Of a stretch of DNA of 64,000 nt, positions 54,857 through 64,000 are shown piece after piece. The notes beneath the pieces are model-generated. The model searched no databases and was not told the DNA's origin. It saw only the letters and a list, made by a program, of their open reading frames with translations. The DNA is from Chiloscyllium plagiosum (Eukaryota): NCBI RefSeq assembly GCF_004010195.1, contig NC_057740.1:21534167-21598166 (forward strand), given 5' to 3'. The number at the start of each line of letters is the position of its first letter. Position 1 is the stretch's first letter. The translations under genes and the position numbers were made by a program.

Positions 54857-55274
54857 TATAAGGAAAGGATGATCAGTTTGATACAATATGCATTAGAGTT
54901 TACAAAATGAAGGATGATCTTATTTTTTGCATAGAACACCGGAAAGAGTCTGCAACAGAAGCCAATTACACAGCCAATTCCATTGTCTACTTTGCTTGTC
55001 ACATCTTTTAAGAGAGTAGACAATAGAGATCCTGGAGAAGCAAAGTACCTGAGCTTTGAAAAGGGACTGATTTAACGCTGCACAAAATATTAAGCTGTAA
55101 AATAAGAGGACATGGGTTTGGGAGGAGGTCATTCTCCTAGATAGAGGGCTGGTGAGCCAACAAACTGCAGAGAGATTGGATAGCTGTTTCGTTCATGGTT
55201 GGCAACTTTTGGGGTTCCATAGAGTTCAGACCACACGACCTGAAGATTTACCATTTATTGTATCATTTGGATGA

Positions 55275-55657
55275 GAGTTGAAAAGTGTGGTGCTGGAAAG
55301 GCGCAGCAGGCCAGGCATCATCCGAGGAGCAGGAGAATCGACGTTTCAGGAATGTAGATTTCTCCAGCTTCCTCATTGCCCCTCCTCCCACCGTATCTCA
55401 GTCCCAATCCCCAGATGCAGCACCGCCCTCTTGACCTGCAATCTTCTTCCCGACCTCTCCGCCTCACCCCCTCTCCGGCCTGTCACACTCACCCTCACCT
55501 CCTTCCACCTATCGTATTGCCAGCACCCCTCCCCCCCGACCTTTTATCTCAGCCCGCTTGGCACACCAGCCTCATTCCTGAAGAAGGGCTTATGCCCGAA
55601 ACGTCGATTCTCACCTCCTCGGATGCTGCCTGGCCTGCTGTGTTTTTCCAGCACATT
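55275..55657 (+). mobile_element. Penelope-like 3' end with short inverted terminus and hammerhead core (55578-55605)
   Basis: CTGAAGA-AGGGC-TTAT-GCCC-GAAAC-GTC; 55287-55347 is an inverted copy of 55597-55655. Confidence 0.75.
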
Positions 55658-56067
55658 TTTTTACCTTCTCTCCATACCTTCTTAAATAGGCTTTAGATCT
55701 TTCACAATCAAGTATGGCAGTAACTGCAGTAAAAAGGGGGCATGATTTGTCTTCCAAGGATGATCCTGTGCTGGCACAGAAAGCTCCCATGGTATGCACC
55801 ATGTTTCTCAAGAACTAGACATTCAAGTCAGAAACTTGGAACCCCAGGACATGGTAAGTGAAAAAGGGCAGTGTCAAAATTTGGGCCAAAGTCTTTCACA
55901 TTTCACACAAGCTTCCTGCAAAATTCCCAAGTAGATGGTACTGCCACACTTGCGAGATCCCATAATTGATTTGTCAATGTACACTGAACATCATCACAGC
56001 AATCAGAGGACCTGAGCCTTTATTGCCTTGCTATTAATAAAGAATGGGGCGAGCATCTGAAATTCTT

Positions 56068-56406
56068 TTCATAGAATCCCTAAAGTGTGGAAACAGGCCA
56101 TTTGGCCCAACAAGTCCACACCGAACCCCCAAAGAGTAACCCACCCAGACCCATTCCCCTATCCTATTACTCTACATTTACCCCTGACAAATGCACCTAA
56201 CCTGCATATCCCCAAAGCTATGGGCAATTTCGCACAGCTAATTCACCTAACATTCACACCTTTGGATTATGAGAGGAAACCAGAGCACCCAGAGTAAACA
56301 TGGGGAGAATGTGCAAACTCCACATAGTCGCCAGAGGCTAGAATCAAACCCAGGTCCTTGGTGCTGTGAGGCAGCAGTGCTAACCACTGATTCACCATGC
56401 CACCCT
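56068..56406 (-). mobile_element. HE1/V-SINE-type SINE
   Basis: Head, core and tail all recognisable in reverse complement. Confidence 0.88.
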
Positions 56407-57681
56407 AATTAAAAAAAACATTATCTTGGCTGTATACTAGAATGTCTAAAATAAAATGCAGATCGAGGTCACATTACAACTTTTTTGTGGTTGCTGAATT
56501 TGGGAGTTGGACAGACATCACATCATCTGCTAGAGTGAACAGATGCCATCTCTCTCTCTCCAACCTTCCATTTAAACTTTGAACCCCATCTGCAGAGTGT
56601 GATTGCATCCGTTTTCCTGCAAGCAGGCAGAGAACTTTCAAAAGAAGACTTCACCTTCCACAGCAGCACTTTCAGAAAGAAAAGACATCATGTACAACCT
56701 GAAACTGCTGGCCATGAAACAAAGTCATTGGACAGCTACAGCCAGAGCAGATAGCCATTTAGAACCAGTGAATTCTTATGATTTAATTCTTATTGATCTT
56801 TAACTTAGCCAATTTAATCTCGTTTGTTCTGTATTTTCTATTTTGTATGTTTGGTTGACTGTATACGTTTTCTTGCAAGTTGTGAGATTCAGGACATATT
56901 TTTACATTTTTACCTGGGTGCATTTTTGCATAATAAAACTAACCTCTTACTTGTTAAATTCAGTACATGCTGTCAGGGTAAATTATCCACATGTAATTAG
57001 ATGAGTATACACAAACTTGGCAAATACTTTTTAAATTAAAAATATTTGTTACAGTTGGGAATTTGATGATTACTCTCAACAAACTACTTCCTGAAAACTT
57101 TTGTCTTTCATTCTTTTCTGTAAATTTTTCTGTCTTGTCTTTCTAATATGGTTTTTTGCTGTACTTTAATGATGGCTTTTAAAGATTTTAATCTGAGGTA
57201 TTAAACTAACCTTTGTGCTAAGTATATTTTTCTTTGGTATTTACTGATGCATTTTTGATTTTTCACTTTATCCGCACAAAAGTTCATCATTATCTTTTGA
57301 TTTTTAAGTTTCTGTTTAAAGGGTTTTGCAAATAATTGTACAAACTGGTTTCAAGTATCAGAAAATAGTTGCTAAACTGAGCTTGACTGAAAATCCTTGA
57401 ACCGAGTACACAAACAAAATATATTCTTCAAGACCTCAACAGCTATTCAGACTTCAGCAGCTCTACATTTAACCAACTTACTGAAGGCTGTCAGTAGTAC
57501 TATAAAAATCACAATAGATTTTACCATGATTACAATAAAAAAGGAAATAGCATTACAGGTTTATTGCTACAGCATATCAGTAAACAATACCAAGGCATTT
57601 CTAACCAACGATGAAAATCATATTTAAAATATATCTTACATTATTTACATAAATGCCATTGTGACAACCTCAAGCTAACAT

Positions 57682-58797
57682 TTAGCTCTCCCCTTGACTC
57701 ATAAAGTATGTTGACAATACCTGACGAATTTCTTCGGCTTGCCTATCAACTGTATTATCTGATATTACTTGCTTTGGCTGAGGAAATTCCTCCTGCCCAA
57801 GAACACCCCTCCAGTCATTATTAAAACTATCATTATGCTTTTCACAGATATTATGAAGAATGCAACAGGCAGTGATCATTGTTGGAATAAGTTCAAGGCT
57901 ACAGTCATTCCTCTTGAGAAGACATTGCCAACGAGCTCTGAGTCGTCCAAATGCATCGTCTATCACAGTGTGAGCTTGGCTTAATCTGTAGTTAAACACA
58001 AGTTGATGCTGTGTTAGTTTTGCTGTTTCAGAATACGGCTTCAGGAGCCACTCCTGTAGTGGATATGAAGAACTGCCTATCAGTAGGTATTTCACTGGCG
58101 TTCTCAGAATATCTCTTGAGCAGTCAGGGAACAGTCTTCCTTCAGTAGCCATTCTCCATAGAGCAGAATTCCTCAGATTTTTTGTATCAAGAGAACTCCC
58201 AGAAAATCCAGTACATACATCCCAGAATTTCCCACTGTCATCAACTACACCTTGTAACACAACTGAATGCCACCCCTGTTTGTTTAGGTAATCTTTGTGA
58301 TACTGTGGAGGGGCAATGATAGGTATATGGCAACTATCAATGGCACCTACACATTGGGGAAAGTCCCATTTTCGAACAAACATCTGAGCTATTGTTTCAT
58401 ATTCTTGATTAGCGGGCATTTTGAGATACAGAGGCTTTAAGAGAGACACAATGGCATGACAAACCTCTCTTACGCATTTACAGACAGTTGATCGACCTAT
58501 CCCAAACAAATGACTAATAATTCTATATTCTACATTAGTAGCAAGTCGCCAAAATGCTACTGCAACTCTTTTTTCCAAGGGGAGTGCAGGACGAAGGTGA
58601 GTGTTTCGTCGAGAAACCATGGGTTTCAGCTTATTGCAAATATGAAAAAATGTTTCCTTAGACATTCTGAAATTTTCCAGCCAATCATTTGGCTGAAAGT
58701 CCTTCATAACCACACGTTCCCACCAGTCTGAAGTTCTTGGCTTACACCAGATTCTTGTACGACAATTACACCTACAACCTCCGCGTGCCATCACCAT
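57682..58797 (-). CDS. PIF/Harbinger transposase-derived protein (HARBI1/ALP1-like, DDE_Tnp_4 type), exon 2
   Basis: WLENFRMSKETF, HTH region, FPQCVGAIDSCHIPI, YLNKQGWHSVVLQ, YPLQEWLLKPY, FNYRLS..H.VI..AFGRLRARW and CCILHNIC; tttgcag acceptor, phase 0; AATAAA at 57560-57565. Confidence 0.92.
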   Translation of the reverse strand: MVMARGGCRCNCRTRIWCKPRTSDWWERVVMKDFQPNDWLENFRMSKETFFHICNKLKPMVSRRNTHLRPALPLEKRVAVAFWRLATNVEYRIISHLFGIGRSTVCKCVREVCHAIVSLLKPLYLKMPANQEYETIAQMFVRKWDFPQCVGAIDSCHIPIIAPPQYHKDYLNKQGWHSVVLQGVVDDSGKFWDVCTGFSGSSLDTKNLRNSALWRMATEGRLFPDCSRDILRTPVKYLLIGSSSYPLQEWLLKPYSETAKLTQHQLVFNYRLSQAHTVIDDAFGRLRARWQCLLKRNDCSLELIPTMITACCILHNICEKHNDSFNNDWRGVLGQEEFPQPKQVISDNTVDRQAEEIRQVLSTYFMSQGES

Positions 58798-59659
58798 CTG
58801 CAAACATCAAAGAAAGTATTATTACAATTGCACAGCTTAATTATCCAGTGAAACTGCTAACTTGAGATATCTTTATTTAAAAGTTATAGTATAAAGGACA
58901 TACGTTGTTATAGCCAGCACCTGCTTGCTGGTATATGATGGTATCGTAATATTTACAAACATGACAGACATTTACAAAGAAACACACACTTCAGGTATGA
59001 TAACACAACTGTTGCCAAAAATTTCTTTTGGATGAATATCTTACTAACTTCCTATTTAAGTCACTAGAAATGAGGTTTTAAATTATTATACCTAGGGGAA
59101 ACAAGCAAAGCTAATTTAAAACAACTTGTATGCACCAGAATATATAATAAAACTACATAGCAAGGAGTGTATTCACAGAATGGATGAACCCACATTTTGT
59201 AGGGTTTTTTTTAAGAAGTATTGATTACAGCAAAGTGTGTTGGAATGAAAGAAAGAGGCTATTGGTGCATAATAAGATTTTACCACTTTAGGAAGCATAA
59301 CAGTGTCTCACAAAGTATATAAATTTCAGTAAGGTCTTAAGCTTGCAATTGAATGTAAATTTGTTTTTTCTCAAGTTTAGAAAAACAAATTTAGACAGAA
59401 TTAACCTGAATTCTATTTAATTAACTTCCATTCAGACATTTACAATCAGGTATGGATGGTCATTTCATACGGGCACAGGTGCCATCTCAAGTGTCTCAAT
59501 CAAAACACAAATACGATTAAAGGAAAAATACATTAGCTTGGCATACAAAATAGGCCTTTGGAATTTTGCTTAGGGTCCAAACATTAGGGTTTAACTATTG
59601 CAAGATTCACAATTACTTTCCAATCCAAAAAAGAATTTTGACAATTAGTTGTCTTTTTA

Positions 59660-60045
59660 GGGTGAGGGGTGACCTTATAAAGGTTTATAAAATCATGAGG
59701 GGCATGGGGTAAGCTAAATAAACAAGGTCTTTTCCCCAAGATGCGAAAGTCTAGCACTAGAATGCGTAGGTTTAGGATGAGAGGGGAAAGATTTAAAAGG
59801 GACCTGAGACAACTTTTTCACGTAGAAGCTGGTGCATTGAAAGGTATGAGCTGCCAGAGGAAGTTGTGGATACTGGGAAAATCACAACATTTAAAAGGCA
59901 GCTGGATGGGTATATGAATAGAAAAGGTTTGGAGAAACATGGCCAAGTGCTAACAAATGGAACTAGAGTAATTTAGGATAGCTGCTTGGCAGGGAAGAGT
60001 TGGACCCAAGGGTCTGTTTCCGTGCTGTACATCTTCATGACTTGA
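59660..60045 (+). mobile_element. CR1 LINE 3' end within the intron of the Harbinger-derived gene
   Basis: gaggggtgaccttata...gggtctgtttccgtgctgtac tail, similar to 23700-24075. Confidence 0.85.
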
Positions 60046-61085
60046 CATGTTTCAAATCACATTTTTCTGTTTGGAAAAATAGATTCCTTTTCAGTTCCTT
60101 TCCACAAATACTAAAATTCAGATTAGGTTTTAGATCTGAACGTCTGCACTGATGAAGGGAAATTAGTGCATTCACATGTCAGAATTAGTTATCAGATCAA
60201 AGCCAACTGCAACACTAAATTCTCTACGTTTTAACAAGTTTACGGAACAAAAGTAACCGAAGTTTAGAGCAGCCCAACTAAACAAGCATTATTTTAATAA
60301 GACCCTTACAGTCAGCATGCAATGAATGAATTTAAATCCTATCGTAATTGAGAATAGCTTGTTGGTTTATATAACTACTCTTTCGCCACCGTCCATGCAG
60401 TTTCTGAATAAACGCAAACAAGAAATGGACATTTGAGAAAGAATGTTGCAATTTTACAGCTCAAGAAGCCCTAATCCCACTCCTCTGTTTACCCCACATA
60501 TTTTCTGTTTGTATTTCGAATGATTATCGAATTCCTATTCAAAAGCTACCATGATATCTTTCTGAAGAGGTACTCTTAACGTTCTCCAAACAGCTCGCCG
60601 TCTTAACAAAAAAAACCTCCTGATCTGGAATCAACGATTAAATCTCAATTTTATTGGGCATTGCGTAATATGTCATAAATAGGGCTAAATGTGTTTCATA
60701 CCTTACACTATTTTAATCTCATCAATAATTTCAGTTGAGATTCTCCTCTCTTAAGTAACGGAATCCAAAAATGCAAAATTCATCTGCCCGCCAAATTCGC
60801 TTTACACCATTTGTTCGGATATTGCAGGTCTGAGTGAGATTACAAACTCCTGTCGGGATTCAAGTTGTGGACGAGTTAAGATAGTGAGTGTGGACAAACA
60901 TCGCCGCTTTAAATAGCTCCTCTTCTGTTTATTTTTCGAGTCCTCTAGACAAGAGCTCTAAACGTTGGGATTAAACGCGCGGTCGCCAGTCCCAGTTGTT
61001 TTTCCCTGTTGCCCTTTGTGTGGCAGCGCACATTTCGTTGTTTTCATTCCCACCCCCCACCCCCAACTTCAAACCTCCCTCGTAC

Positions 61086-61247
61086 CAAAATCATTTTCCT
61101 CTGCCGCTGTTGGAAATACTGCCTCAGCCTCAGCCTCCTCTGTGCGTCGTTCCTCCTCTCGATGCTCGCACCCTCAAACTCAGCGCGGCGTTTCATTAAC
61201 AGAAAGAGGAATAAAAACATCATGGGCACCACCGTCTCCTCCGCCAT
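61086..61247 (-). CDS. Harbinger transposase-derived protein, exon 1 MAEETVVPMMFLFLFLLMKRR...QRQRKMIL
   Basis: aacATGG Kozak context inside the CpG island, TTG|gtacga donor, 162 nt phase 0 joins exon 2 to give 425 aa. Confidence 0.78.
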
Positions 61248-61399
61248 GTTTCACTGACTGACCTGGGAAGTGTTCAAGTCCGAATGTCTCCCCCTCCCCC
61301 TCCTGCTAGTCCCGGGACCTGGACACGAAAAGCCCACTCCCACCTCGGCCAGTCCGGATCGGAACCACATTCCCTTCATTACAGCTGGATATACAAATA

Positions 61400-61630
61400 T
61401 GGGCCGCGGGATCCGCGCGCTGGATATATTATTTTGCCAATATCGTTTATTGTGATCGCGTAACCATGGTGACTCGCCGCGTCGCCGTGGCAACAGCGCA
61501 CTTCCTGTGGAGGTTTGAATTCGTGTGACGTCACAATGGTAACGGTCGCCCGGCGCCGGAAGTGCGGTCGCCATATTGTCCGGGCTGCAGAGGGGTGCAC
61601 GGTCGGAACTGCGGGGGGATCTGAGAGGTG
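61400..61630. promoter_or_regulatory. CpG-island core promoter, probably bidirectional
   Basis: X-box-like GTAACCATGGTGAC (61460), GTCGCCGTGGCAAC (61481) and GTCACAATGGTAAC (61530); CRE TGACGTCA (61526); ETS ACTTCCTG (61500) and CCGGAAGTG (61556); YY1-like CGCCATATTG (61569). Confidence 0.8.
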
Positions 61631-62627
61631 AATGTTTCAACCGGGAATCAGTGACACGGATGGTTATGTGACTGCGAGTTTTCATCGTACCGTTTTGTGG
61701 AGGTTGCCCTCTCCCGCCTTCCATTGCAGGTATGGTAGAGGGGGAGTGAGGGTTACTGTGGGCGTGGAGGGGAATACGCCGGTTGCTGCCTTTCCGTGAA
61801 GGTGCCCGATGGCCACATTTTTTCATGGTCAGTGCTCGAGGCTTTGTTTCTTCTAGATCCTGCTGATCTCAGTCCTTTTTTTCTTTAAGCTGTTGTGCAA
61901 GGCACTTCTTGCTGGATTTGGGGTTGTCCTTGATGAAGAATAATGTAGCTTCACTGCAAACATGAGGGTGTGTTTTGCTTTGGTGTCTTGGCCGATGCTT
62001 CTGTGTGCTCGCTGTCTCTCATGTTTTAAATTCTTTCAAACATGTCAGAGGTAACTTGGATTCATTCATCTGTTTAAGATGACCCAACCATTTTTCACAT
62101 CCACATGAAAGTAACTAATCTTACAGTGCCACTGTTATACACGCATGCAACAATCAGCTTGTGCTTTTCGATTTCCCATCGTCAGTATTGGGACTACTGA
62201 TCAGTGAACTTAGTTATGTGGCATTAAGATATCATCATTGGTACGGGAATGTGCTGCCATTAGTAGTGTTGCTTTTTTAATATGCAGATGAGGCCTTATT
62301 TTAAAGATGAAAAATTAATCTGCAGATGTTGGTAATCTGAAAAAAAACTCCCAAGACAGCTGGTGATACAGCACTTATTAAGAACTGATGAATGAAAGTT
62401 AATACTGTGTCAGTCTTCATGCAATAGGCCAACTGCAGGTGGTGAAAGCCAGACACTAGATATTGAGAGATATATAGCATTGGGTTAAGAGAAAAAGGGA
62501 GGGTTGGGATAGGTACCAAGGGCTCAAATGGCACAAGCCCTGGAGGAGTATAGAAGTAGCAAGATGGAACATAAAAAGGAGATTAGAGCTAAAAGTGGAC
62601 ATGAAAGGATACTGTCAAGTATATGAT

Positions 62628-63030
62628 TTTTCAGAAGATTTGTAACTCAGGTTGATGATAAGTCTGTAAGTTTGCTCGCTGAGTTCGAAGGTTTGTTCTC
62701 AGATGTTTTGTCACCATTCTAGGTGAGGGTCTGTGATGCTATGTTCCATCTCCCTCCCTCTCTTTCTCTCATACATGAGAATTCTTAGAGGCATGGTATT
62801 CTAATCAGAACTCCATCAATAAACACACTGATTTAGGTCCTGTCTACCTTCCCTTGAAAAAAAAACGAACCTGAAATTACAGCACCCACCTTAAGAAACC
62901 AAGACCTGTACATAGAGAGGCGGGACATATCATCAGTGCTTCACCGGAGGCTCTCACTGATGATGTTACCTAGTATGGTGATGAAGTGTCTGAAAACAAA
63001 CCTTCAAGCTCAGTGAGCAAACTTACTGCC
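62628..63030. mobile_element. Penelope-like fragment with inverted terminus, nested in a decayed CR1
   Basis: 62630-62725 is inverted relative to 62950-63025; NSINKHTDL-like peptide; degenerate core tca-CTGATGA...GTC-tga. Confidence 0.7.
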
Positions 63031-63204
63031 AAGTAAATCTTAAATTCTTTTGCAGGTACCTTAAGGGTAACAAGGGAAAAAGTAGGGTGCATTATAGACC
63101 ATTGTGGTAATTTGTGCTTGGGAGCAGAGGATATTGGTAGAATTGTAAGTGAATGGTTTGTGTCGTTGTTGACTAGTGAGAGGGTCGACATGAGTGTAGA
63201 AATT

Positions 63205-63506
63205 AGATTACATTACAGTGTAGAAACAGGCCCTTCGGCCCAACAAGTCCACACCGACCCGCCGAAGCGAAACCCACCCATACCCCTACATTTACCCCTT
63301 ACCTAACACTACGGGCAATTTAGCATGGCCAATTCACCTGACCCTGCACATCTTTTGGACTGTGGGAGGAAACCGGAGCACCCGGAGGAAACCCACGCAG
63401 ACACGGGGAGAACGTGCAAACTCCACACAGTCAGTTGCCTGAGGCGGGAATTGAACCCGGGTCTCAGGCGCTGTGAGGCAGCAGTGCTAACCACTGTGCT
63501 GCCCAC
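63205..63506 (-). mobile_element. Young HE1/V-SINE-type SINE
   Basis: Near-consensus head (A/B boxes: cagtggttagc, gggttcaattccc), V core and tail. Confidence 0.92.
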
Positions 63507-63654
63507 AAAAGAAGGAGAGAATGTGTGATACAATTAAACAAATTAACATTGACAGACAGCAAGATCTGAGTGGTCTGGCAGCATTATAAATTTGACAAAT
63601 ATCCAGGCCCAGATGAAATTACAGGTTGTTGAGCGAAGAAAAGGAGAAAATTGA

Positions 63655-64000
63655 TTTTTGTGAAGATTTGTAGCTCAGGTTATGATTCAGGTTGTGAGAG
63701 GTTCTGAGAGTTTGGTAAATCTGGTCCAAGTAGATGTGTTTGTTGATGGAGTTCCGGTTTGAATGCCAGGGATCTCGGAATTCCCGTGCGTGTCTTTATT
63801 TAGCCTGTCCCAGGATGGATGCATTGTCCCAGACGAACTGGTGTCCCTCTTTGTCTGTGTGTAAGGATGCTAGTGATAGTTGGTCGTATCTTTTGGTAGC
63901 TAGTTGGTGTTAGTGTTTCCTGGTGGCTAGGTTCCTGCCAGTCTATCCAGTGTAATGCTTGTTGCAGTCCTTGCAGGATATTTTGTATATGACGTTTGTT
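63655..64000 (-). mobile_element. Penelope-like GIY-YIG endonuclease fragment
   Basis: Minus-strand translation TNVIYKISCKDCNKHYTG*TGRNLATRKH.HQLATKRYDQLSL...HQFVWDNASILGQAK.RHAREF. Confidence 0.8.

Noticed and set aside
54436-55685. 195-aa and 135-aa ORFs
   Set aside because: They derive from Penelope-like terminal sequence and an N gap.
57682-61247. Calling the transposase-derived gene HARBI1
   Set aside because: As I recall, HARBI1 is shorter, lies next to ATG13 and keeps the DDE residues; this protein has a different N-terminus and neighbourhood, so no symbol was assigned.
61251-61826. 191-aa ORF across the CpG island
   Set aside because: No recognisable domain; long ORFs arise by chance in GC-rich promoters, and it overlaps the motif cluster.
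63420-63506. tRNA-like sequence with A and B boxes
   Set aside because: It is the head of an HE1/V-SINE continuing into the SINE core; no complete cloverleaf.
61580-64000. FZR1 as an annotated feature
   Set aside because: No FZR1 coding sequence is visible; supported only by recalled synteny.

Overview
AT-rich, repeat-dense vertebrate genomic DNA, almost certainly from a shark or other elasmobranch (HE1/V-SINE-type SINEs, CR1 LINEs, Penelope-like fragments). I reconstructed four spliced genes by hand, all on the minus strand, with GT-AG sites and consistent phases. (1) An SMIM24/MAP17-family membrane protein (25741->8948) whose cytoplasmic tail appears expanded by three symmetric exons, each inside one unit of a ~1.26-kb tandem triplication. 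(2) An SMIM44-like gene (35560->32086). (3) DOHH (50388->40465, 307 aa). (4) An intact two-exon PIF/Harbinger transposase-derived gene (61247->57682, 425 aa) with a mutated DDE triad and no visible TIRs, next to a CpG-island promoter carrying RFX/CRE/ETS/YY1 motifs. By human synteny that promoter may also drive FZR1 on the plus strand, but no FZR1 coding sequence is in the window. Other highlights: a fossil Harbinger element with a decayed Myb/SANT exon, several minimal hammerhead-ribozyme motifs in Penelope-like fragments (with stem-I covariation), an 85-bp-arm palindrome, and a SINE head flanked by a 47-bp duplication. Gene names and synteny rest on my recollection of the families, not on database searches.
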